From Bacteroidales bacterium (GTDB lineage: Bacteria > Bacteroidota > Bacteroidia > Bacteroidales > UBA4417), in the NCBI GenBank assembly GCA_038249635.1, contig JBBSDG010000001.1:2037-66036 (forward strand): DNA of 64,000 nucleotides, written 5' to 3'. Below, in pieces: positions 21,701-29,867 of this stretch. A model generated the notes under the pieces. The model saw only the letters and a list, made by a program, of their open reading frames with translations, was not told the origin of the DNA and searched no databases. The translations under genes were made by a program, and so were the position numbers. How positions within the stretch are numbered: position 1 is the stretch's first letter; each line of letters begins with the position of its first letter.

Positions 21701-21968
21701 TTGTAGTTCCCTTAACCAGCACCGTAACACCCGGCATTGCAAGCCCTGCGTTGTCGTTAACCATACCAGTTAACTGCTTCATTTGTTGCTGATCAGTGCC
21801 CATTTTCGAATCATTAAGTTCCAGCGATCTAAGTCTTCCTTCGGATGCACTCGCGGAAAGAAACAAGGACAATGCAAAAACCAGAATAACAGAAAATCTA
21901 AAATTCAATAAACCAAAAGGCAATTTCTTCCTAACCCAGGAAGAGTAATAATTAGAATTGTTTTCCAT
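18720..21968 (-). CDS. SusC/RagA family TonB-dependent outer-membrane transporter (first gene of the tandem pair)
   Basis: 1082 aa. It has a carboxypeptidase-regulatory-like domain ([23 protein letters not shown]), a plug ([29 protein letters not shown]) and a C-terminal barrel ending in ...GLDLKF. Confidence 0.93.
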   Translation of the reverse strand: [1082 protein letters not shown]

Positions 21969-22121
21969 AAACTTGAAACGTTTAAAATAAATTTTTAGTT
22001 GGCGTTTTACACTTTAATTGATTAGTTTAATATCAAACAGTAGTCTGTTAGTTAATAAAGTGTGTTCTTGAGGTTGCCAATTTTTCCTGGACAAAACTGC
22101 ATTTTTGATTTCGGATGTTCC

Positions 22122-22155
22122 TTTAAAATCAAACTAAAATTCTTTAAAATTGGAC
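22122..22155. promoter_or_regulatory. Conserved intergenic motif, copy 3 (TTTAAAATCAAACTAAAATTCTTTAAAATTGGAC)
   Basis: It shares TT.AAAAT and the core CTAAAAT(T)CTTTAAAATT with copies 1 and 2. Ungapped identity to copy 1 is 23 of 34, and higher with a 1-nt gap. It lies 154 nt upstream of the SusC start at 21968. Confidence 0.4.
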
Positions 22156-22503
22156 ATTCAGGTATTAAATAAAACTTAGTCCGATGCAAAGATCTTCGCT
22201 TACTGTCAGTTAGATGAATCATAGGATAGTCAATATCTAATTCTATTTTATAACTTTCGATAAAATGGAGGTCCCCCGATTACTTCATAGCAATCATTAA
22301 TATGGAAATCCGGTTAGAGAAGTTACGTAAAGGGACAGAGGCAAACATTTCAAATTTTAACGAGGGTTTGATAATTGGATTTGTACTTGGAAAGGTTGGG
22401 GAAGCTTTCAGTCAAAAATGAGGTGGTGGTTGCATACGGGCTTATAATTTCGTGGTGTTTAAGAACAATTATCGTAAGACTTGACTTGGTGAAATATAAT
22501 CTG

Positions 22504-23640
22504 ATAGGAAAATAGGGATTAATTCCCGTTTCGTCCTTCCACACCACCGTGCGTACCTTTCAGTACACCGCGGTTTCCTAATTTACACACAAACAAAGCG
22601 ATAATAAGTTGAAAAAATAAATAGCCAGCCTTTTTGAGTATTTCATTATTGATTGAAATTTAATGGAATGGGCTTTTGTCCGTTCGCCTATAGCTTTTCC
22701 TTGTATTTGAAAACAACATGGCATAAAAACGGGATAGTCCGAGTTTCAACATATTTTTTAAGCCGAGTTTTTACTCGTTTCCATTATTTCCAAATTACCA
22801 TGCGCGATGGGCTGCGATACTATTCATCAGTACTTTTTAGCAAACTTTTCATATCTGCAAATTTAAAGTAGTTTACCCAACCAGTAATCTGCTGGCGGAG
22901 TGTCTTGATTTTCTCTATCATCTTGGCAATGCTTTTGGAGTGTACCCGAAGGAGTCCTTTCCCGCTGTTAATTATAGAAGCCGTGTACTAAGAATATAAC
23001 TTCTTTGACATGTGCAACACCAGTCTTTTGTGTATTCACATTCAGGAATAACTTTTTCTCGATGAATGGCCCAATGTGGTATAAGGTTCGTTTGGCAGTT
23101 CGTTTACTTTCGCAAAGAATAATACAATCATAGGCTTAGCATACAAACTTGTTTCCCCAGTGCTCTAACTCAATATCCAGTTCATTTAGCATGAAATTGC
23201 TAAATATTGGGCTTATCGGGCCGCCTTGTGTTGCCCCCTATCACTGTCTGCTGAAATTCTCCTTTCCCCAATGCTCCCGAATTCATATACTAATGGCTAA
23301 GCAATATAACGCGACAGTCAGTAATGGAATTGGAAAGAACTTAAATTAGTTTGCTGTAGCTCACTTCATCATAAAACTTTTCCAAATCCATATCAACGCA
23401 GTATTTGTATACTGCTCTTAGGCGTTTCTGACATTGTTGTAGTGCATCGGGTGCACTTCGTTTCTGCCACATAAATATATTGGTCATCGGATGATGGAAT
23501 GATTTCCATACCAACAATTTCAATATGCCATTTTGTAGTTGATTCTATGTTGGCCTCATTCAATCGCAGTTGATCAAACCGGACCGACGATAAAGTTTCC
23601 TTTTTATTTTGCGCAAAAACAGCAATTAGCATCTGTCAGA
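22504..23640 (-). mobile_element. 5'-truncated, decayed group II intron (RT/maturase pseudogene plus domain V/VI-like 3' end)
   Basis: Minus-strand fragments, in order: IEIVGMEIIPSSDDQYI (like RT2 LGIP..DR.IQ); MWQKRSAPDALQQCQKRLRAVYKYCVDMDLEKFYDEVSYSKLI (RT3, DiDLekFFD.v.H..L); a degraded YADD box (stop-AYDCIILCESKRTAKR); TLYHIGPFIEKKLFLNVNTQKTGVAHVKEVIFLVHGF (RT6-7); and the maturase X domain RVHSKSIAKMIEKIKTLRQQITGWVNYFKFADMKSLL...RMVIWK-stop-WKRVKTRLKK. Several stops and frameshifts interrupt these. Downstream, 22541..22574 forms a domain V-like hairpin with a GAAA tetraloop (GUGUACU GAAA GGUACGC, then ACGG). 22504..22540 forms a domain VI-like hairpin (GGAAGG...UUUUCC) with an unpaired A, ending ...CCUAU. 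No domain I-III sequence is present. Confidence 0.8.
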
Positions 23641-23658
23641 TTCTCATATAAAAGTGTA

Positions 23659-24126
23659 TTATTCTATTGCTACTGCATCCATTTCAACCATTGCGTTTTT
23701 TGCCATTTTTGAAACTTCTACACAAACTCGTGCTGGTGGATTTTGAGGAAAGTAAGTCGAGTAGATTTTATTCATTGCAGCAAAATCGTTCATGCTTTGC
23801 AGGTAAACGGTGCATTTTACAACCTTCTCCATTGAACTGCCAGCCGCTTCAATAATGGCTTTCAGGTTTTCGAGTACCTGAACCGTTTGTTCCTCAATGC
23901 CTGATGGCAGAATACCTGAAACAAGGTTAATCGGTAATTGTCCGGAAGTAAATAAAAACCCTCCTGCAACGATTCCCTGGTTATAGGGACCAATTGCCCC
24001 GGGGGCTTTTTCGGTTTTTATTATTTTTTTGACATTTATATCAGGTTTCACCTTTTTGTTTTGCGCGGAAATACATAAGGAAGAAAACAATAAAATGAAT
24101 ACCATTGAAACAACTTGAGTTTTCAT
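23659..24126 (-). CDS. RidA/YjgF/Endoribonuclease L-PSP family protein with N-terminal signal peptide (exported paralog)
   Basis: 155 aa. The leader MKTQVVSMVFILLFSSLCISAQ and a roughly 15-aa Lys-rich linker precede a RidA core. The core reads APGAIGPYNQGIVAGGFLFTSGQLPI...KCTVYLQSMNDFAAMNKIY...PPARVCVEV. Confidence 0.85.
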   Translation of the reverse strand: MKTQVVSMVFILLFSSLCISAQNKKVKPDINVKKIIKTEKAPGAIGPYNQGIVAGGFLFTSGQLPINLVSGILPSGIEEQTVQVLENLKAIIEAAGSSMEKVVKCTVYLQSMNDFAAMNKIYSTYFPQNPPARVCVEVSKMAKNAMVEMDAVAIE

Positions 24127-24170
24127 CGGGTTTGAATTAATTAGAAGTTTTAGAATGATTTATATGTGAA

Positions 24171-24206
24171 CTTTCCCCGGACAGGATTATTGCTATCCGG
24201 GGAAAG
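24171..24206. repeat. Perfect 11-bp inverted repeat (CTTTCCCCGGA-N14-TCCGGGGAAAG) between the two RidA genes
   Basis: Read directly from the sequence. No U-tract follows it in the transcribed (minus) orientation, so it is not a canonical intrinsic terminator. Confidence 0.6.
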
Positions 24207-24219
24207 AGCATAAAAAAAA

Positions 24220-24597
24220 TCAGGTCAGGGTTATCGCATCAATTTCGACCAAGGCATTTTTTGCCATTTTCGAAACTTCGATACATACCCTTGCAGGAGG
24301 ATTATTGGGAAAGTAACCTGCATAAATTTTGTTCATCGAAGCAAAGTCGTCCATGCTTTGCAGATATACGGTACATTTCACAACATTTTCCATCGAACTA
24401 CCTCCGGATTCCACAATTGCTTTCAAGTTATCAAGAACTTGTATGGTTTGTTCCTCGAGGGTTACAGGCACTTGACCAGTTTTTGGGTGAATGGGTAATT
24501 GCCCCGATGTAAATAAAAAACCACCGGCAACAATTCCTTGATTGTAAGGCCCGATTGCTCCGGGTGCTTCGCTGGTACTTATAATTTGCTTACTCAT
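24220..24597 (-). CDS. ridA: RidA/YjgF family protein (cytoplasmic-type, no leader)
   Basis: 125 aa. The sequence MSKQIISTSEAPGAIGPYNQGIVAGGFLFTSGQLPI...KCTVYLQSMDDFASMNKIY...PPARVCIEV is typical RidA length and motif content, including the conserved Arg in PAR. Confidence 0.88.
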   Translation of the reverse strand: MSKQIISTSEAPGAIGPYNQGIVAGGFLFTSGQLPIHPKTGQVPVTLEEQTIQVLDNLKAIVESGGSSMENVVKCTVYLQSMDDFASMNKIYAGYFPNNPPARVCIEVSKMAKNALVEIDAITLT

Positions 24598-24666
24598 TGG
24601 TTATGGATTTACAACAATTTAATCGGAATCAGAATTTTTTTTATTAAGAGGCATGATTTTAATGAT

Positions 24667-26964
24667 TTATTCCTTGAATGTATTTTCGGTAATTGGTTTT
24701 TTCTTGTATTCTTTGATATCACCAACTTTCCACTCTTTTGCAATTCGAATATCCTGTTCAGTTTTTTCTGTCAGATCAGGAATGTTTACATAACCAACCC
24801 TGTTGTAATTTGCCGGTTTGTATTTCGAATCATAAATAGTTGCATATCGTGTCCAGTGAGCTTTGGCTTTGATAAGATGGTCAACGGCATCATCTTTATC
24901 CTGTTGCAATCCGTGAAAATTATACAGCGCAAGCGCACAGGCTCCTTTAATCTTTTCCTGATAGTAATTACCTATAGTAGCAAAGGCTTCAATATCACTC
25001 AATGTTTGGGTCAGTTCATCAAAAGAACCTTGTTTCTGAGCGGGAAGTTGATGCAGGTAAATCATTGCCAACCACGAATATTTTGAAATGCTGTCGGCCA
25101 CAGCAAGAGGCGACATCAGGGTTTCTGTATTATTCAACTGATAATTCTGAGCCCATTCATTAATGTTCTGAATGTTGCTTCCTGGCATGGGATCAACTTC
25201 CATAAAGTCTTTTACAGTGTAAAAACCCTTGTATTTTTTGTTGCTCCAACAGGCTTCGGGAAACCAGCGCACATCAATACCTCCCCATGAAAGGCGTGTT
25301 GTCCAGGGGAAGACCATCGAAGCGGCCGACCAAGCATTCAATAGTATCTGTGACTTTGCTTCAGGGAAACGGGTCTCAAGAGTTTGACGGAACAGCTCAT
25401 CGGGCAATTCAGGATTGTAACTCAAACGACCCCAAAGCATGAAAGAATACCATTGTTTTTGAATGATCAATGGACGGGTTTGTTCTCCATCTTTTCCAAG
25501 GAAATCACGTCCCCAGCAATAACCGTCAGCGCCCATGTAATAGCCAGCCACCTTACCGGGTCCGGGAATTGCAATCAGGTACTGACGGGCATAGGTTGGA
25601 TTTCCCCAACGGAAACTGTAGATATCATCATTCCTAACAGTCAGCCACATCCGCTGATTTTTAGGAAGAATTTCGAAAGCTCCTTTGGCGAAAGGCGGAT
25701 TTGGAATCGAGTACATGTGAGCAACAGAGTATTTGATACTCAAATCCAATACTGATGGTAATTCTTTGAATTCATTGTTAATTTCTTCAAGTCCGGTCTG
25801 GTGGAACCGGTGAATCAGCCGCACTTTTCGATCCGGTTGTTTTTTCTGCGCATCGCGGATTCCTTCGCCATAGGTTTTCCATAACCATTTTTCTTTGCTG
25901 TATTTGTCGACTTTATTTTCGGGCATATTTTCTCCGGCTGTAATACCGATTCCTGCCAAATGAGGATAAGTCAGAATCATTTCCCTGACAGAAGCCCTGA
26001 AGTAAGCGATGGTTTTATCGTTACTGCGTTCGTTGGTAATACCGTATTTCCCCATTTCGCCAATTGTAAAAATATTCCAGGTAAACATATAGACCTCGAT
26101 TCCACGGTCGCTGGCATATTCCATTACTTTTCGCCAGAATTCGATCTTTTCATCGATGGTAATTTTTTTAATTACCTCATGGTTTTTCAGCAATTCATCA
26201 GGTAAACCTTTACCACCGATAAAACCGTATTTATCTCCAATGGGGTAAGTGGTTCTCCAAACATCATTGAGCGCCACATCGGGGTATTCCGGAACCTTGA
26301 CCATCGATGGAAAGGGATTGAGACTCCAAAGTGAGAGCGTATTGTAACGGTTTCGGGCCATTTCGTCGAGTTGCTGTTTCCAGAACTCCATTTCCCACAT
26401 TACAGGAATATTTTGTTGATAAGCGTCGCTAAAGTCAGAATAACTGGGAGTCCGTAGGTCAAGCGGAATGTTGATCTTTATGCCACGGCGTTCAAGGTAT
26501 GGTTTGTTGTCAGATGCTGAGATTCCGGAAATTGTTCCGAGACGAATGGATTCAGCAACATCTAAACCACCATACATAGCTCCAATGGCAGTTCCAGCTA
26601 AAACATAAACAATTTTTTGATTATCTGTTTTTTTTACCCTGATCGAATAGCATTGCCAACCTAGTTTTGATGGCATTTTCAGTTGCTCTGCTCCGGCAAT
26701 TCTGACAGTCGCAACCGAGTCAGAAATAATTTTCACTACCAATGCTTCTTTTGATATCTGATTAAACGATTTTGCTATAACCACTTCAAAACCGGCATTT
26801 TTAGCTGCTGAAGCTATTTCATCGCTTGCAAACTGGAGTTGATCTTCCTTTGGAGAATCAAGTTGAATTTCTATTTTTCGGACTTGCGTGAATCCGGGTT
26901 CAAGGCCTCCAATGCATAGCAAGAAGACTAAAGAAAATACAAATTTATTTCGAATAGTTCTCAT
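24667..26964 (-). CDS. Exported hydrolase-like protein, family unassigned (GH20b/alpha-glucuronidase-N-like domain plus putative TIM barrel)
   Basis: 765 aa with a signal peptide. The N-domain ends in ...YVLAGTAIGAMYGGLDVAESIRLG, then RGIKINIPLDLRTPSY...FWKQQLDEMARNRYNTLSLWSLNPFPSMVKV. The architecture parallels ORF 47923..50562. I cannot place it in a CAZy family by eye. Confidence 0.4.
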   Translation of the reverse strand: MRTIRNKFVFSLVFLLCIGGLEPGFTQVRKIEIQLDSPKEDQLQFASDEIASAAKNAGFEVVIAKSFNQISKEALVVKIISDSVATVRIAGAEQLKMPSKLGWQCYSIRVKKTDNQKIVYVLAGTAIGAMYGGLDVAESIRLGTISGISASDNKPYLERRGIKINIPLDLRTPSYSDFSDAYQQNIPVMWEMEFWKQQLDEMARNRYNTLSLWSLNPFPSMVKVPEYPDVALNDVWRTTYPIGDKYGFIGGKGLPDELLKNHEVIKKITIDEKIEFWRKVMEYASDRGIEVYMFTWNIFTIGEMGKYGITNERSNDKTIAYFRASVREMILTYPHLAGIGITAGENMPENKVDKYSKEKWLWKTYGEGIRDAQKKQPDRKVRLIHRFHQTGLEEINNEFKELPSVLDLSIKYSVAHMYSIPNPPFAKGAFEILPKNQRMWLTVRNDDIYSFRWGNPTYARQYLIAIPGPGKVAGYYMGADGYCWGRDFLGKDGEQTRPLIIQKQWYSFMLWGRLSYNPELPDELFRQTLETRFPEAKSQILLNAWSAASMVFPWTTRLSWGGIDVRWFPEACWSNKKYKGFYTVKDFMEVDPMPGSNIQNINEWAQNYQLNNTETLMSPLAVADSISKYSWLAMIYLHQLPAQKQGSFDELTQTLSDIEAFATIGNYYQEKIKGACALALYNFHGLQQDKDDAVDHLIKAKAHWTRYATIYDSKYKPANYNRVGYVNIPDLTEKTEQDIRIAKEWKVGDIKEYKKKPITENTFKE

Positions 26965-27106
26965 AATTGATAATTTTTATTGTTTTACTAATTTCACTAA
27001 ACAAATATCATTTTAACGAATACCCAGTTGATAGCTAAATGTTTTTATCGGTTCCAACTGCGATTATTTCTGACAAAATCGGGTTTCATGACTTAGTTGC
27101 TTATTA

Positions 27107-28063
27107 CTATTTCAATTGATTGAGGGTTCGGAGCATGACCGTTGTTTCAGTCGGAAATTCAGTTGGGACTTTTTGTTTTACCTTTCCGGTTGCAGCCCAT
27201 TCTGTTCCACGGCCAAAAGTAACTTGAAAGCCAACATCCTGAACCGAGTCACTGAAATCTGCCCCAGTGTGACCCAATACACAATGGTAAATTCTACCTT
27301 TTCCGTAAGTGATGGTAAATAATACAGGTTCTTCTTTACCTGTTCCCCCGGTTTCTTTTGTAGAAAATGCCGTTGCCAACACATGAATATTTTCTGCCGG
27401 ACCACGCAGGTTGCCATACAATTCATCGTTCTGGTGCAGCCATTTCGTTGGAAGAGATTTTGTGATGGGATGTTCAGTATCACGAACATTAATCACAAAA
27501 GGAACACGTTTACCGTGTTTCCCACCTGCACCTGGCGTACTGTCCGTTACATAGTTTCCATCTTTCCAATAATAATAAGGTCCAATTTTTTCATTCCTGC
27601 TTGCCCACTCAAGCTTGGAATTGCTGAAAAATTCTTTCCAATTTGAGTAAAAATTTTTGCCTCCCCAACCACCTATTCCAATAATCTGATTATATTCTTT
27701 CCAATTTAAAAATGCGTTGTCAGCCTCGTGCACCACCACCACGCCTCCACCGTTTTTTACAAAATCGACAAATTCTTTTTTAGCTTTTTCATTCCAATCC
27801 GGAATATTCATATCCATTACAACAACCTGATATTTAGAAAATTCAGGGACAAATTCATCAAATGATTTGCCTTCTAAAGGGATCAGTATTTCATCAGTAG
27901 AGAAAATTCCCTGACAATCTAAAATGGCTTTTAAGTAGGATGATGTTACATCCCAATTATGGTACTTGTCGGTTTGCCCTGTTAGCAGCATCACCTTGAT
28001 GGGTTTTGCATGAATAGTAAAACTCAGGATAAAAAATATCAGAAAAAGGGATTTCGATTTCAT
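27107..28063 (-). CDS. ThuA domain-containing protein (class I glutamine-amidotransferase-like fold), exported
   Basis: 318 aa with a signal peptide. The pattern KVMLLTGQTDKYHNWDVTSSYLKAIL...YQVVVMDMN...FVKNGGGVVVVHEADNAF..WKEYNQIIGIGGWGG is the usual ThuA-like pattern. Confidence 0.65.
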   Translation of the reverse strand: MKSKSLFLIFFILSFTIHAKPIKVMLLTGQTDKYHNWDVTSSYLKAILDCQGIFSTDEILIPLEGKSFDEFVPEFSKYQVVVMDMNIPDWNEKAKKEFVDFVKNGGGVVVVHEADNAFLNWKEYNQIIGIGGWGGKNFYSNWKEFFSNSKLEWASRNEKIGPYYYWKDGNYVTDSTPGAGGKHGKRVPFVINVRDTEHPITKSLPTKWLHQNDELYGNLRGPAENIHVLATAFSTKETGGTGKEEPVLFTITYGKGRIYHCVLGHTGADFSDSVQDVGFQVTFGRGTEWAATGKVKQKVPTEFPTETTVMLRTLNQLK

Positions 28064-28097
28064 GGTAGTTTTGTTTATAGGTTTTAATAATTATTGT

Positions 28098-29817
28098 TTA
28101 CCAGGAAAATTTTAGTAAGGACACTCCTTGTCTGGGAAGCTCCATTTCTACGATGGTTTTTCCATCCTTTGCATTCAACCATGTTGGCGATGAGTATAAT
28201 TGTAATTGGCCTGCGTTCTCCAATTCAACTATTTGATCGGGAGTAGGATTTTGAGGTGATCCCATCTTTTTCCAGACGGTGTATGAATTGCTAAATCTCT
28301 GATCAATACGATAATGGGTTAACAATACTTTACCATCATGCAATCCATTCATTACTATTTTAACCTTAGAATCGGCAACATCAAGGTTGTTATTATCATG
28401 ATAGTTCCATACCATTACTGTTGATGTATTTTTTTCTTTTGCAGCGATGGCGTTTATATCTGGATTCTCTCCCCTGACACTTTCATCCCGTACATTTAAA
28501 TAATTGTATGCTAAGTTATCTTGCTTAATTTCAACCCTTCTGCCCTGCATCATTCCATACATTCTAAATACATTCAGTACAGGTTTATCAACACCATTGG
28601 TTGACATATCGCGGAAACCCGCAAACCATGATTGATCTTCAAATTCAAATCCCCATGTGACCGCACCAAATAGATTTACACCAAAATGATCGGCTAATTG
28701 ATATTTTCGCGCAAATGAAGCCGCAGTATAACTGGAATACATCGTTCCATATTCGATAAGCATTTTGTGGATAATCTGCCTCAGAACATGCTGCACATCC
28801 TTCGGGATCCGACTCTCCGATTATAATAGGCAATTTTTTTAATGTCGGATACGATGCCACAATTTCAAAGCCCTTGCTAATATCTCTGAGTTGCTTTCCC
28901 ATGTCCATTTCCACCATTCCTTCGACCACTTTAGGATCTCCCTTAGCATGAAACGTAATAAAATCAAGTGGTGAACCTGTTTTACCGGTCACATAATTTT
29001 TACCACTCACTATATGGTCTAGGAAAGTACGAAGAAATACCGCGGCATCATCCCAACCCGGACCAGTTGTTTCAGGTCCGCCCATTCTCGCTGTGGGTAA
29101 TGCACGTTTCACAGCGTCGGCTGTATAATCGTAGAGTTTAATGTATTCTTGGGTTGTTCCCCGCCAATATCCAATATTAGGTTCATTCCATAGCTCCCAA
29201 TACCAGCTTTCCACTTCAGCTTTCCCATAACGATCAACCGAATGCCTCACCCATTGGTAAACCAATTCTGCCCACTTCTCATAGCTTTTGGGAGGATATG
29301 CCCAACCGGTGTAAATATCATCATATTTAGCCCCAGGAGTCCAATAATGTCTGTATGGATTTGGTTTAGAAGACAGCGCTTCGGGCATAAAGCCAATTTG
29401 GGCAATGGGTTTCATTCCTCTTTCTATAAAATTATCGAAAATCTTATCGATAATTTTCCAATCGTAAACAGGATTACCATTTTTATCTTCAGTATAAGCA
29501 TTGGTTGATCCCCATTTTAAGGCATATGTTCCCTCTCCTGTCACTAATAAACTATGAACTCTAACATATACCGGATCCGGACTTAAAGCCGATATTTCTG
29601 TAAGAAGTTTTTTACCGTCCTTCATATAAGTGTAATTGGGTTCATCGTAACCCCATCGAGCCCAGATCGGATCCATCGGACCAATTTCTTTATCAAAATT
29701 CACATTTATTGAAACAGGTTCAACTTTAGGTACATTCTGACCCTTAATAACATTTACGAATAACAGTTCCGGAAGAAATAAGAAAACTGCCAAAAAGAGT
29801 TTATTTTTTATCATCAT
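28098..29817 (-). pseudogene. GH39 family glycoside hydrolase, interrupted by a +1 frameshift
   Basis: ORFs 28645..29817 and 28098..28796 overlap in different frames. The N-terminal part carries the GH39-like motifs HSLLV, GFMPEAL and SWYWELWNEPNIGYW (acid/base), plus IIIGESDPEGCAAC (nucleophile region). The sequence CGAATATGGAACG at about 28745-28755 reads ...NAYRIWND in one frame. Removing one base restores ...NAYRNGTMYSSYTAASFARKY, which continues into the second ORF. Confidence 0.8.
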
Positions 29818-29867
29818 AATGTGTAATTTTTATTACTATTGAAAGAAAAATTCGAAAGTAATTGTCT

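Noticed and set aside
22350-22547. 65-aa minus-strand ORF
   Set aside because: It starts inside the domain V-like hairpin, runs through the domain VI-like hairpin of the intron fossil and continues into flanking non-coding DNA. No protein-like features.
22541-22574. Possibility that the intron ribozyme is still functional
   Set aside because: The upper helix and GAAA loop of the domain V-like hairpin pair well. I could not form the 9-10-bp lower helix with a catalytic-triad-like base. Domains I-III are absent altogether, so I call it a fossil, not an active intron.
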